64,000 bases of DNA, taken from Octopus sinensis. Its lineage: Eukaryota. Positions 26,301 to 41,088 of the stretch are shown here, one piece after another. Within the stretch, counting starts at the first letter, position 1. Each line of letters opens with the position of its first letter. The position numbers and the translations under genes are program-made. The DNA lies in NCBI RefSeq assembly GCF_006345805.1, contig NC_043005.1:70928001-70992000 (forward strand), given 5' to 3'. Below the pieces are notes generated by a model. That model was given only the letters and a program-made list of their open reading frames with translations. It was not told the DNA's origin and ran no database searches.

Positions 26301-28711
26301 ATTCTTATTTACCTTCCTAATTAATATCCTGTCTAGTATGACCTTGACGATCCGTCGCTGTTTGACCATGTCCACGATGGAGCGTCCGGATATTCCAGTC
26401 TATATGGATCTACCAGCTCAAAACGTCTTAGTAGATCCAGGAAGCCAGCGTTTCCTTTCCTATTTGTTTGCGAGCCTTCACAGTCTACCCGCACATCGCA
26501 GATTGTGTTGAAGTCCCCTAACATTACTAAAGGGCACGATGTACGCAGGAACCTCTCCAGATTCCGAAAATAATCACTTGTCCCCTTCTTGCTGGAGCGT
26601 AAACCGCAACCAGTCTGATTGTCTTACAACTACTGAACGTCAAATCGACGACGACCAGCATACCTTCTGGATCTGCAAAAAATCAACTTTTTCCCAGAAA
26701 CCCGGTTCTTTTTAACCAGGACCAACACCCCGCTTCCGCCGCCCGCCGGGTTCGGAGAGATAATTCCCTCGTAGCCGTCGAACAACGGGAGCAGATCTCT
26801 TGGCCCCTTTAACCGGGTTTCTGTGGCAACAACAACATCTAAATCCCGTGACCTGATGTCATTTAGGAGGCGCCCTTGCTTCCAGCTCATCATCAGGCCA
26901 CGCACATTTAAACACCCTACACAAATGCGAGACATTACTTACCTTATCAGTTTTTTCCTGCTCTGGTGGTCGTGAGGATGAAGTCCGCTTTAAATAATGA
27001 CTCGTGTAAGTCGAGTCGCGGACCCTTAATATCCCCCGGGAGTACCCTATGTGTGTTGATCTCGTGTGCCGTTGGGACATTGTCCAGTTATTTAGTTAGT
27101 CTGTCGTTTGCATTGTTTATAGAAATGTATACTGTCTCGAACTATATTATTTTTTCCCCTTTTTGGGGGCTTTGTGGTGGTGATGGGCAGGAGATCGGGG
27201 AGTATGATATGGGGGAAACTGGGGAGGAGTTTGGGAGGGGAGGGAGTTGCTCGGGACTGGGGGTGGCTTGGGTTGGGCTGGGGGGGGTCTTCTCTTTTTT
27301 CTCTTTTGTGGGGGTGGGGTAGATTTTCCCCCCCTGTATGTTTGATTTCTTTTGTGTGTGTCTGGCTTGGGTGGGTTAGTATCAATGTTTTTCCTCTTTG
27401 GGTTTTTCTTTGGCCTCACCGTTGTGTAGGCATTTTCGTCCTCCTTTGGCTTTTCTTCCTCCATTTTCTCTTCTTCTGTCGTTTTTTCTTCTTCACTTTT
27501 CCCCACATTCGTAGCATCGAGGCTTTCGCCCTTCCACTACCACCCGCAAGTTGATTTCCTCGTCGAATGGATGTTTTCTGGGACTTCTTCCATCGTTTCT
27601 GGGGTTGCCTGTATTATTACATGCAGAGTCTGGCCTCTCCAATTTTCTCTTTTATCTTCGTGATATTAACCACTCTTATCTTCTCCAGCCCCATTATTAA
27701 TGCTGGGAGCAACCACTTCACCTCAATTTCTGGTGGTATGTCCTCGACCCTTATTTTGGCTGTTCTCCTCCCCAAATAAGAGGGTAGTAGAATTACCTCG
27801 CTTGTTTTGATTGGGGTCAAGGAATGTTTCTTTGCCATTTCCTCGTCTCTAAAGTACACCTCGATAGTGGCGTACTTTTTCCCCAAGTTACATAATCTAC
27901 GTCGTTCCATACCGACTGCAGACACTTCTCTGCTTAGTCCTTTGATATTTTCTAGATTTTTTTTCTCTTTTGTTAAGTAAGACTTGTAAATTACGACTCT
28001 TTTTAGCGTTTCTTCTCTTATTATTTGTGGGAGGGTTGCTTTCACATTGTTCCCCTCCTTTGTGAACATTTTCTTACAGTTCTCATAATCTACTTCCTCC
28101 ATCTTGATCTCTTCCATTTTCCTTCCTGCAGCAGCTGCGAAATTGTATGTCTTCTTTTCCTTTGGAAGACGAACCTTCAATTCCTTTGGTTGCTCCATCA
28201 GAAAATGAACTTTCAGCAACTTTACCTGTTTTTATACTTTTTTCCGCTTCAGCAACATTAGCTGTTTTTCCAGCAGGCGAACATTCGTCAGCTTCAGCTT
28301 TTCCCGCAGGCAAAACTTCGGCATCTTTAGTTTTTTCATCAGGCGAGCCTTCGACAATTTTCAATTTGGTAGACGAATCTACTACATTTTTTTTGAGGGT
28401 AAACCTCCGTTGGACATTTTTCCATCGAAATTTTTTCAGCTGAAAAAATGTTTTTGTTCATTTTCCAGAATTGTGTTTTTTTTTTTTTTTTTTAAATTGT
28501 GTTACAAACACGCAGTATTTCCCCTCCTTATAGGAGGGGAATAACAAAATTTTCTGGTTCAAAACTAATTAGTTTCAGTATATCGACAAACAATTCTTAA
28601 ACAAAACGATATTAACAAAATTTAAAACAGTACTTTGACTCACGTACCATTCAAAAGTACAAAGAACGTAAACAAGCGGCGGTTCACAAAAAAACACGAT
28701 GTATCCAGGTT
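23366..28711 (-). mobile_element. Tx1 element B1, full length, heavily degenerate
   Basis: ORF1 fragments 27092-28364; ORF2 fragments 23581-26935 (CLNVRG, QGCPLSP, CARC..HAIVQC); tail at 23366. Confidence 0.9.
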
Positions 28712-31700
28712 TTATTTCTTATTACCCACAAGGGCTAACGAAGAGGGGGACAACACATCATGATTTGGGGTCATGAAGCACGGATGAAATTTACATATAA
28801 ATGATCTTTAAAAATATTACATGAAATCGAAGACAAAATCGAGGAAATTCGAATGATAACAAAATTTTTACAGCACAACATAAAAACGACACATGAAGGG
28901 GGAACACCAGAATTGCCGACCCACGAGTCCTGTTTTTCCCACCGAAACTCGGCAGCCAACTTACAGCGTGTTCATGTGGGCCCCTTTCACTCGCAGCAAT
29001 CGTGCCACACTTTCCATCTTTTGTCAAACTCACATGCAGACAGACACCTCTTCTCCAACTCCACCTTTCTTTTTAGGTGGAACCTGAAAAAGGTCACCAA
29101 GGCGGAGCCAGAGATCACGGTGCCTGTCTTTACCGCTTTCATTCTAGTCTTCCATGTACACTCTTTTGCTACTGCTACTGTACTGAGAAAGCAATGCTTA
29201 CCTTCACTTGTCAAAAAGCTAGGCGAGTCAATTTTTATAATTGTCTCAGCCGATAGCTGTACTCTTCTTCCGTCTGACAACAGGTGTTCGGCATATACCC
29301 ACACGTCCGAAACTTCCGGACACTGAACAATACGTGCGAGACTGTTTCCAGATCCCGCTCGCATCTTGGACAGTTCGATGGTCCACTCAACCATGCCTTG
29401 TGAGTTTATCCCGAACGGGTAAAGCTCCTCTGAAAACATTGCCAGGTCAAAGACTTCTGGAAGTTATCCAATGTCTTCGGCCCGAACGTCCTTCGGAACA
29501 GGCTGTCCAACTGATTCGATCGAGGCCCAAGGTCCTTCCTAAGGCATCGTCATTTTGGCCTCTACCAACCTGCTATAGAAAGCTGCGGTGGTACAAAGCC
29601 GCCGGCATTGCCCGACTTGCGGAAGTGACAGAGTGCCTTATGGCACTCCGAATACCACATGCTCCATCTAAGTCTACGACGATACCAGGTTCTCTGCCAC
29701 CGAAACTGGCAAAGCTGGGGAACATCTGCCTCGCAAGCGGGGACCATCCAGGTAGAGCCAAAGATGCCTTAACCTCAGCGCATGTCTGCGCATCAACAGC
29801 CAAGGCATCCCTAAGCCACCCTTTAACGGTTTCTGACAGCAAATAGAACGTCTTACAAGAGGAGTGGTTCCCTTCAACAAAAGTGGAAGATCTGCCTCTC
29901 CAACTTGCTTAACCACGAATCCGGACAAGGGACGACGGTCAGGCGGTAGGTGATGACCGATGCTAAAAACACATTGGCCACCTCCGCCCTCCCTTTCAAG
30001 GATAGCACCGTCCGGACCAAGTCCCGACCGCGTGAGCCACCTTGCTCGTCACCTCAGACCAGTTCTTTTCTATCTGGAGATCTGGACCAAACCAGATCCC
30101 TAGCAGCTTAACCGGGCCCTCCGTCCAGCATCCCACGATGCTATTCGAAGGCATCGACTTGCCCCTCCAGGTGCCGAGTTGCAAGCCGACCGATTTTTCC
30201 GGTTAATCTTTGTTCCTGTCGTCGTCTCGTAAGCCTTGATGGCATCTCCCACATTACGTAGGAGTTCTACCTCGGTCACGATGATGGTGATGTCGTCCGC
30301 ATACGATGTTACAGATCCTCCCACCTCTTGGATTCATCGGGATGGCGCTCAGCTTTCGCAGCAATGACTCGAGAGCCATCACATACAAAATCGGGGAGAG
30401 CGGACACTCTTGACGAACAGACCGTTGATGCGGAACGGCTTCGAAAAGAAGCCATTCACCCGAACGATCGAGTCGATGTTATTGTACAATTGTATGATCC
30501 ACATGAGGAAGCCAACACCCAGACAGAACTGCGCCAGCACGGACACCAGGTACCGATGGTTCACCCTATCAAACGCTTACTCTGGCTAAATGGACCAGTG
30601 CCCCACCTTTGCCAGAGTCATTCCCAAACCCTCTATGGTGTAGCGTACTAGGTTAGGTGAGATTGTCCTGGATGGTTCTTCCGGGGACCGCACAAGTTTG
30701 TGCCTCCCCGATCAGACCACCCGCGACACGCGTAAAACCTTTTCGCTAGCACCTTGGCCAAAATCTTCACCTCTGTGTTTTAGCAGTGTGAGGGCCGAAA
30801 ATTGTCTGTGTATCCCCCTGCTCGGGTCCTTTTTGATCAGCGTCACCACTCCCCGACGTACAGATCTGGGAATGAACCCATTCTGCCGCCAGTTCGCGAA
30901 AACGCCGGCCAGCACGTTCCCGAACAAGTCTGGCAGTCTTTTATATAGCTCGTAAGGTAAGCCATCAATTCCCGGCGCCTTACATTCACCGCAGTCGACC
31001 AAGGCCCAGCTAACTCTTCAGGCGAGATCGACGCTTCACAGCTCTCCGCGTCCTGCCCCGAGAGGCGCGGCAACCGGCGAGGATGTCCGTAAGGTCCAGC
31101 CTCTCCTCCGGCCCGCCGTCGCCCCGAAAAGCCGAGCGAAGTGCTCCTGAAACGTCCGACACATCTCCTCTGGTTCGGTAATCACATCGCCTTGCCGTTC
31201 GTCACAGACTTAATGTGGAATCGTTTCCACGTCGAGCCTCCACACTCGTGCCCATCCGGCAGCCCTAATACCCTCGCACCCCATTGCGCGGATTCTAGCT
31301 CTGATGATACAAAAACCCATATGTTTGGTTCGAGGTGCTGGTTTAACTCCAGTCTCTTCAGCCTAACTTGGGCTCCATCGCCAGATCTCATGGTTCCTCT
31401 AAGGCCTTAACTAGCCCATCTCTTCCTACGCCCACTAGGTATAGACCTATGCTGTATCTAACGGACTCGTACTTGATGGCTCTTTTGAGGGCGTACCACC
31501 ATTGTTATTAATAATGAAACCGGTAACGCCTCTGCACTAATAACTCGATCCGCTTTCTGTACTCCTCAATAGCAGAAGGAACTTATTGAGTTTCCAATAG
31601 CCGAATCCCTTACTACATAACTTATCTAGGTTCAGTTCGCCAGTGACCATCTTGTGGTCGCTATAACTGACCAGGTGAAACTGTGGACACTTAACTAGTC

Positions 31701-33879
31701 CTTTATCTATTTTTCTAAAAAATTCTGTCTATGTAGGACCTGACAGACCCGTCGCATTTAACCACGTCCATGTGGAGCGTTCGGGACTTCAAGTCTGTAG
31801 GGATCTACCAGCTGAAAGCGACTCAGTAGATCCCGGAAGCCAGGGTTTGGTTTTCTATCTTTTGAGACAACGCCATCGACGCGCGCATCGACTATGGCGT
31901 TAAAGTCCCTAGCATGACTATGGATTTTGACGTGCCAAGAAACTTCTCCGGTCTCGATAAAAATCAGTCTGACTCGAATTAGGTGCGTATACTGCTACCA
32001 GCCTGATTCTTTACCACAACTGAACGTCAGATCTAAGACGACAGCCTACCTTCTGAATCAGAAAAAATCAACTTTTTCTCTGAGACTATCTTTTTTAAGC
32101 AGGACCAACACCCCACTCCGCCGGCCAGGAGAAATAAATTACTTGTAGCCATCCAGGAGCGGGAGTAGATCTCTTGGCCCTTCGATTCGTGTCTCAGTAG
32201 CTACACAATTACATCTAAATTCTGCGACCTGACATCATTTAGTAAACGGCCTTGTTCCAGTTCGATGTCAGGCCGCGCACATTTATACAGCCAACGTGAA
32301 CAGCCATAGTTCGCTTACCTTGTTTCGTCTGGGTCCGGCAGACGGGGGGAACCCGTCTCTTCTGCCTCTGGGTCCGTGGAATCGGCGTGCTTGATGCTCC
32401 TCCTTTCCACATCTTTCAGGGCATCTTCTTTGCTCATTCGGATGGGCACACATCTTTTCGGAAGTCGTTCGCCAGCGTGGGAACACTCTCTGTCCCATCA
32501 CGTAGCACTTCCATTCTCCTTGTTTTTCTTCGGTTTCTGTCTCTTAATGTGTTGGGTCTCTACTCTGCGATCACTTCTCGTTTGAAGTGTTCATTGCCGC
32601 GTAGATTTATTCTCTTTATCGGGTTCTGGCTTTTTTTCACCTCCCTTTTCTCTCTACTTTTGTTTTTCTCCGGGGAGGGGTTGTATGTTTACGTTTTGTA
32701 GCTGCAACTTGTGACGAACCCTCCCCTTTCTGGTGCAGGTGTTGTCTTCGTTACCGCTACTTGAGAGCTTGGTTTTATGGGCTCATCTTTTTTCTCCTTC
32801 TCTGCCGGCCTACAGTCTTTTTTGATGTGTTCTTTTTTGCCACAGGTGAAACACCTGGGCTTCCGGCCCTCCACCATTACGGCCATCCGGCTGTCTCCAA
32901 TTTCAATTACTTCACCTATTTCTTCTAAGACGTCCGGCTCAGCTTGTATTGTTATCCTCACCTTCTGCCCCTGCCACTTTTGGCATCTCTCGACAGTGGC
33001 GTCTCGTATTTCCAATTTCTCCTCTAGTCTGCGGTGACTCCTGTCACTATTTGCTCGGGTTCGACTTCTGGCGGAATGTTTGTTATCGTTATTCTGGAGA
33101 CGCGTCTCCCTCTATAGATAGGGAGAAGGTTATCGCCTCTGTTCTTAGGGGAATCATAGACTGCTCCCTTGCCTCCTCCTCTGTTCCAAATCTGGTTTTA
33201 CAGTTCCATATCTTTTTCCCCTGGTTAAGAATTTAATCTTTTCCCAGGTGGGTTTCATACACAGCTCTATTCCTTTCCGAAGAAAAGTCTATCTTTCTCT
33301 CTTTGTTTCGGTACGTTTTATACACGATTGTCTTCTTTCTATCTCTTCCCGAGATTCTTGGTCCTGGTGAATTTATTTCGTAACCCGCTTCTAGATATGG
33401 TTTTCTTACCTCTTCCAGTTTGGACAAATCTATCTTCCTTCCTTTGGGACTTGCCGCTTCGGCGAAGTTCAACATCTTCTTTGCCACGCTTGGCACACAT
33501 CTATATTCCTGCGTACTTTTAATGCTTTTTTGGTTCCTACTTTCTTCTTCGTCGGCATCCGAGGAGGAAAAAACGGGTATACCCACTTTTTCGGGCTAGA
33601 CATCCTGCTAACTGGTATTCCTTCTGGGCTGGACATCTCGTCAGCTGGACTCTTGTTCAGGACCTGGGTCGGTCCTCAGTTCTGTCCGCCTTCGGGCTGG
33701 CCCTATTGGCCTACCCCTCCTTAGCGGCTTCAATAAATATCAGTCAAATATACTTCGACTAACAATTGAAAAAAAAATTTTTTCTTTTTTTTCCTTTTCA
33801 ACAACCAACAGGTGGTAACAAAACACACCGACAAAAATATTTCGATCAATAAGTAAACGGCACTACATGGATTCAGTTG
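28712..33879 (-). mobile_element. Tx1 element C1, full length, degenerate
   Basis: ORF1 fragments 32320-33740 (EGRKPRCFTCGKKEHIKKDC); ORF2 fragments 28987-32307; close paralogue of C2. Confidence 0.9.
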
Positions 33880-33917
33880 ATTTTATTACTACCCACAAGG
33901 GGCGAACATAGAGGGGA

Positions 33918-35691
33918 TTTTTTTATTACCCACAAAGGGGCCACGAAGAGGGGACATTACAAGACGGGACATGGGGTACATAAAGTAAAAATAAAATGAA
34001 GTAAAAGATGAATTATATGTAATGAGATGGAACGCTTACGAACCCCCAACTCGCAGTTCCGTTTAAAATACAATTGTACATTTCATATATTCCAGTTCAA
34101 AATACAATTTTACAGTTACATATATTCCAGTTCAAAGTACAATAATTTTACAATTTACATGTTAACATTACATATATTCCTGTTCAAAATACAACTTTAC
34201 ATCATACAATTTTACAATTAACAATTCTAATTCTTTTATATTGGACGTTCGTCCGTCATATAATCTAATGTCCATTTGTCTATTACATCTGGTAATTTGT
34301 CATACCGTACATAATGCGTTATATGAATAGCATTAAATATCTTTTTTAATTTTGTGTATGTTTCTTTTTCTATAATGACGCCTTTTAATCGTCACTATAC
34401 AGTTTTGGGTTCACCTTCACCCTGATCAACCCTTTCCTACCTGCCAGTCTCTTTCCACTTCTGTATTCTTGATATACATCACAACCGCTTTCAGGTTTTT
34501 TCCTGTAGGCCTTCTTCCATATTTACACGATTCCAGCTGTTCGTTCACTCTTGTCTCCCATTCTTGTTCAAACTCTGTCCTTGGCCGCTCTCTCGCCTTC
34601 TCTTTTACTCCTGTTCTTTGCATGTTCTCTCTTCTCTCTCTTCTGCTATCTTGCTTTTGATTTTTTTTCTTTTTTAGATCTTTCGGTGGGCGATTCCACC
34701 CTTGATCTCTTCCTATCTTCTGTTTTTTCCTCTTCTGCACTTGCTCGTTCTTCTCCCGTATCCTCATTTAACTGCTCCTCCATTCGTGCTTCCTCCGCTT
34801 TCGCTTCCTCCACACACGCATCTTTACACTCCTCTGTCACAACCTCCGGTGCTTTTTTTTTTCCCGCGGGCACACATCCTTCATGTGGCCCTCGATTTAC
34901 AATTATAGCAGATTGGGGGTCTTCCCTCTACCACAACTCGGAGCCGTGTCTCGTCAGGGTAGACCAACTCCTCCGGGATGTTGTACAGGTCTCGCACGGT
35001 TATGTGTGCCAGAACCTGCACCGTATATCCCCACCACTTAACCTCTGCTGACTTCTCCACCTTCAATACCTCCACGTTATCCTTGCAGTTGAACAGCACT
35101 GCCGCCAGCAAACCTCCCATATTAAATTCGGGTGAGATTCTATTGATTCTCATCCTCACTGCCCTCCTTCCGCAGTAACTTGGTAGCAAAGTCCACTTAT
35201 CCGATTTCAAAATTCGTGTTGCATTCTTTTTGCCTCATTTTCTGTTTCAAAATATACCACCCACCGTGGCATATTTCCTCCCTCTTTTAAAAATGTGGGT
35301 TCACCCTCAATTTCCTTCAGACACTTTTCTACTTCTTCCATTCCGCTACTTCAATTTTTTCGACTCCACACAACACGTCCTGTACGTTATCGTACGCCTC
35401 TCCGCACTGCCTTTCCTCCTCCTCGGACGGTGTGACTCTCACGCAGTCACCCTCCCTCTTTAAACTGTCGAAATACTTTTGTAAAGTCTTCTGCTCGACC
35501 ACCACCTCCTCCATCTCCAGCTCACCGGCAACCAGGCCTCTGCCTGCCGCTCGCGCGTAAGTCTGCTCTTGGCATTTTCAAGAAAAAAATTATTCCACGT
35601 CCTCCAACGAACTCGAACTCACAACCTCCTCACTCGAAAAACACACCAGAACAACACCAAATAACTTACTCAAAGACTGGAAGCCTAAGAC
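33918..35691 (-). mobile_element. ORF1-only (HAL1-like) element, frameshifted
   Basis: ORF1 fragments 34426-35514 (LLPSYCGRR, VEGRPPICYNC); own tail at 33918-33960; flanked by GGGCGAACATAGAGGG(G)A. Confidence 0.8.
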
Positions 35692-38443
35692 GGGCGAACA
35701 TAGAGGGACAATACAATCTGATGTGTGGGTCAGACATGCGGATGGTTTTTACAAAAAATCGGATTTAAAAATAACATGAAATTACAAGAATATACACAAA
35801 ATCGAATGATGGAATAGACCGGAAGACATTACAGGTGGAGTGGGTGCGGGTTTAGCTCGGACCCCACGAGCCCCGCCTCCCCACTGATACTTTTGGTTGC
35901 GCTTGGTATTACATTTGTTGTATCTTTCACTCGCAACTTTCTTGCTACATCTTTCCATCGTTCTTCATACACTTTCCTAGTCAGGCATATTCTCTCCAGC
36001 CCTATCTTCCTTTTCAGGTGAAAGATGAAATAATTCATCAAACCAGGGCCAGAGATGAACTTGCCTGACTGTAAACCTTTCACTCTCGTCTTCCATATCA
36101 CCTCTTTCGCAATTGCTACTACAACGAGAAAACGAAACTTACCTTCATTCACTAGGAATCCGGTGGGTCAATTTTTGTAATCGACTCAGTCGACAGCTGT
36201 ACTCTTCGTGTACCTGACAACAGCTGTTCGGCATAAACCCACACCTCAGACACGTCCGGACAATGAACAATAGCGTGCGGGACGGTTTCCCTATCCCGCC
36301 CGCATCTTGGACATATCGGACTGTCTTGGCCACCGTGCCTTGCGAGTTTATCCCGAACAGGTAGAGCTCCTCTGTAGCATTGCCATGCCAGAGACTTCTG
36401 GAAGTTGTCCAGTGTCCTCGGCTTGAACGTACGTCGGAACAGACTGGCCAGCTGATTATCGTCGAGACCTAGGGTTTCCCCAAGGTATCTTCACATTCCG
36501 CCTCTAACCAACCCTCTATAGAAGAATGTGGTGGAACCCCCACCGCAGGCGTTGCCCGAGCGACGGAATAGCAGGAGAGCCCTACGACACTCCGTGTACC
36601 AAGTACCGAGCTTCGATCTACGATTCAGCCAGGTTCCCCGTCCACCGAAACTAGTGAACTTGGAAAACATCAGTTTTGCTAACGGAGACCACACCCGTTC
36701 ACCATCCAGGAGAGCCACAGATGTCTTAAACCTCAGCGTATGTCTGCGCATCATCAGCCAAGGCATCCCTAGCCCACCCTTTAAACGGTTGTTGACAGCA
36801 AGTAGAGCGTTTCACAAGTGGTTTCCTACCCTTCCACAAGAAGTAGAAGAGCTGTCTTTCCAACTTGGTCAACCAAGAATCGGGGCAAGGAACGACGGAA
36901 AGGCGGTAGGTGATCACCGATGCGATAAACACATTGGCCACCTCCGCCCTCCCTTTCAAGGATAGCCACCGCCAAGACCAGGTCATGGCTACTGCAGCCC
37001 ACCTTGCTCGTTACCTCGCCCAATTCTTCTCTATTTGGAGGTCTTGACCGAACCAGATCCCTAGCAGTTTAATCGGACCCTCCGTCCAACGTCCCACGAC
37101 GCTGTCAGGAGGCATCGACTTGCCTCTCTAGGTGCCGAGTTGCAAGCCGACGAAACTTTTCGCGATTAACTTTTGCTCCTGTCACCGTCTCGTAAGCCTC
37201 TATGGCCTTGCCTACTTTACATATGTGGTCCATTTCGGTTACGATGATGGTGATGTCATCCGCGTACGCTGACACTGATTTTCCATTACCTGGCTGTCTC
37301 GGGATGCCGCTCAGTTTTCGCAGTAATGGCTCAAGAGCCATCACGTACAAAAGCTAGGAGAGCGGACACCCTTGACGAACCGAGCGTTTGATTTTGAACG
37401 GCTTCGACAAGAAGCCGTTCACCCGAACTACCGAGTCGATGTTATCATAAATTTGGATAATCCACCTGAGGAAGCCAAGGCTCAGCCCGAACTGTGCCAG
37501 GGCAGATACCAGGTAACGATGTCGACCCTATCAAAAGCTTCGATTGGTCTAAATGGACCATGCCCACCCTTGCCATAGAATATTATTAAACCCCTCTATA
37601 GTGTACCGCATTAGATGGAGATTATCCTGAATGGATCTGCCCGGAACGGCACGTGACTGTCTTGCCTCCCCGATCAGACCATCCGCGACACGCACCAATC
37701 TTTTCGATAACACTTTGCCAAAATCTCAACTCTGTGTTTAGCGAGGATGGGCCTGAAATTATCAATACACCCCCCTTGCTCGGGTCCTTTCTGACGAGGG
37801 TCACCACTCCCCGGCGCACAGATCTGGGTATAAGCCCGTTCTGCTGCCAGTTTGCATAGACCTCCGCCAGTAGGTGCCCGAACAAGTCTGGCACATACTC
37901 TTATGTACTCATAGGGTAGACCATCAAACCCGGCGCCTTGCCCGCGCCGCAGTCTGCCATTGCCTCAACCACCTCCTCAGGCGTGATTGGCCCTCACAGC
38001 CCTCCGCATCTCGCCCCGATAAGCGCGGCAGCCGTCGAGTAGGTCCGTAAAGGCCCTCCTCCTATCCAGTCCGCCGCACTCCCCGAAAAGCTGAGCGAAG
38101 TGCTCCTGAAAGGCCTCACACATCTCCTCGGGTTCTTTTATCACCTTTTGTTTCGTCAAATATCTAATCTTTTCACCTACCAAAGTCTTCACCATCTGGA
38201 TGCTGCTTCCACCAACTCGGGCCCATCTCACGGCGTTGATTCCTTCACATCCCATATGGCGGATTCTAGCCCTGACAATGCAGCCCATGTGTTTGGCCTC
38301 GAGGTGCTGGTTTAACAACCATTCTCTTGGACGCCCCCTGAGCCGCAGAGCCAGTTTTCATGGCTTCCTCTAATTCCTTAACTAGATTATTATCCCCTCT
38401 AGCCTCTCTAGCCACTACTCCTATGCTATATCTAATAGACTCA

Positions 38444-38677
38444 GGGCGGCGAGCTGGCAGAAACGTTAACACGCCGGGCGAAATGCTTAGCCGTATTTCG
38501 TCTGCCGTTAAGTGTTCTGGGTTCAAAATCCGCCGAGGTCGACTTTGCCTTTCATCCTTTCGGGGTCGATAAATTAAGTACCAGTTACGCACTGGGGTCG
38601 ATGTAATCGACTTAATCCCTTTGTCTGTCCTTGTTCGTCCCTTCTATGTTTAGCCCCTTGTGGGCAGTAAAGAAATA
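38444..38677 (+). mobile_element. Young full-length SINE family 1 copy with Tx1-type tail
   Basis: A-box-like GGCGAGCTGGCAGAA, B-box-like GGTTCAAAATCC; 17-bp TSD TATATCTAATAGACTCA at 38427-38443 and 38678-38694. Confidence 0.92.
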
Positions 38678-41088
38678 TATATCTAATAGACTCAAACTTG
38701 ATGGCTCGTTTGAGGGCGTACCACCATTTGTTATTAATGATGGTACCGGATAGTGCCCTCTGAATTATGTTCCTAATCCGGTCTTTGTACTCCTTAATCG
38801 CCAAAAGGGACGTATTAAGTTTCCAGTAACGGATCCTCTATTCTAACCTTAATCTATGTCAAGCTTACAGTGACCATTTTATGATCACTGTAGGCTGATC
38901 GGGTAAAACTGTGGACACTTAGCTATTTACTGTCTACTTTTCTAATAGAATTCTATCTATATATGACCTGGAAGATCCGTCGCTGTTTGACCATGTCCAC
39001 AATGGAGCGTTCGGAAATTCCAGCCTATACGGATCTGCTAGCTCAAAGCGGCTTAGCAGTTCCATGAAGACCACTGTTACCTCTCCTATCTGGACACGAG
39101 CCAACACAATCTACATCCGCTTTGCAAATTGTGTTTAAGTCTTCCTAGCACCACCAATGAATGCGAAGCACCAAGAAGTTTTTGTAGATCACGAAAATAA
39201 TCACTTTGCCCTTTTTTACTGTTGGGTGCGCAAATTGCAACCAGTCTGATAACTTTACCATTACTGAACGTCAAATCCCTGACGACCAGCCTACCTTCTG
39301 GATCTGCAAAAATTAACCTTTTCTCAGAAACCCGGTTTCTTTTTAATAGGACCAACACCCCTCTCCCGCCTGTAGGACTGCCAGGAGAGAAAAAAACTCT
39401 CGTAGCCGTCAAACAGCGGGAGCAGACCTCTTGGCCCCTCTAACCAGGTCTCTGTAGCAACAATAACATCTAAATTACGCGACCTGATATCATGCAGGAA
39501 GCGACCTTGCTTCCAGCCTGCTCCTACGCCGCGCACATTCAAACAACCAACACAAATGCAATCCATTACTTACCTTATATCAGTGGTTCGGCTCTTTCTC
39601 TTTCTTCCTTGCTTGTCTCTTCTTCTGGGCCTCGTGGGGGAGTCTGACGCAGGCCCTCGAATATATACGGAGATGTTATATCCATTCTGAGCGGGCCTAC
39701 GTCATGAAAAATTTCGGACTCTATCCGTCCGTAATCCTTCCGGCCCATTCTGTACAATACATAGTCATTTTTCCTCCCCATTTTTTCTACTTTGGCCATC
39801 GCTGCCAACACATTACCGAGTCTATTGTTCGTGGCCTCAACGGCCATAAATGAGTTCAACGACTCTCTTTTCTTCCTTTGGTTTATTTTGGGAGGGGTGG
39901 CTTCAGTTTTTCTTCCTTTTCTAGTGATTTTTGACCACCCCTCCTCCCTTTACGCTTCCTCGCTCCTTCCCTCCTCCGCTGCTGGCTCAGCTGCCTCTGT
40001 CACCTCCACACCTTCAGCCGTCCCTCCTGGGCCGCCCAGCGCTGCTTCTGATGACACCTCTTCTGCTTTACCACTTGGCTGAGCTGCTTCCTGCGGTTTG
40101 GGTTGGCATTCTGCCCTTACATGCCCTTTCTTACCGCAGCCGAAGCACCTCGGCTTTCTGCCCTCTACGAAGACTGTGACTCTATCTTCCTCGCTTATTC
40201 TTAGAGTCTCTGGAATCTCCTCCAGGGTTTGTATTTCTGCCTGGATGGCTATTATTATCCGCTGCCCCTTCCAGAATTCCTCCTCCTCTACAGTGGCCTG
40301 GAGGATGTTTATTTTTTCCTCCAGGCCTACCATAACTGCTGCCACCAGAACTTCGGCATCCGCTTCCGGCGGAATACTGTTCATAGTGATCTTTGATGTT
40401 CCTTTGCCCTTATACAGGGGTAGGAGAACAATATCCTCCGCTTCTATTGGTTCCATGGATAGCTTTTTAGCTACCTCCTCTGTTGTAAATCTCACCTCCA
40501 CTGTGCCGTACTTCTTCCCTCGATTGATGTATGTGATCTTATCCATTATCGGCCTTAAGCAATTTTCGATTCTTTTCTCTTCCATTTTATGTATTGATCT
40601 GCTTGTTGTATTGAAGGTCTTATAAATTATTCTTCTATTTGTAATTCCTTCCTGTTTTGGGCGTTTGAAGCCACGGTTGCTTCCGTGCCCTCTTTTGACA
40701 CACAGTCCGCATGTTTCTTTAGGTTTTCGACATTAATTTTTTAATTTTTTTTCCAGCTACTTCCGAAAATATTTTCGCTGGTGCTGGAATATCTTTTTTC
40801 TTTGGCGACACCGCCGGTGATCCTGCATCACTAGTCACAGGTGAATATGAGATGGGGGATTCCATCTCCGATAACTGGCTTTAACAAGCCCTTGGCACAA
40901 CCAAGATAATGAGAGTTTTTCCCCCACGGAGGGGGGAACACCAACACGAAGCCCTCGCACGAAGGCCGACTTCAATAGTTGTACAACAATACAGAAAGAC
41001 AGCTAGACACACAGTAGGTCACAACGGAGAAAATATACACAAGGCAAAAATATAATAACTCACTATACACTATGACGAGTATTCGGTT

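Larger units (their letters stand above)
33880..41088 (-). mobile_element. Tx1 element D1, degenerate; tail interrupted at 33918-35691, SINE at 38444
   Basis: ORF1 fragments 39575-40870; ORF2 fragments 35829-39566; close paralogue of D2. Confidence 0.9.
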
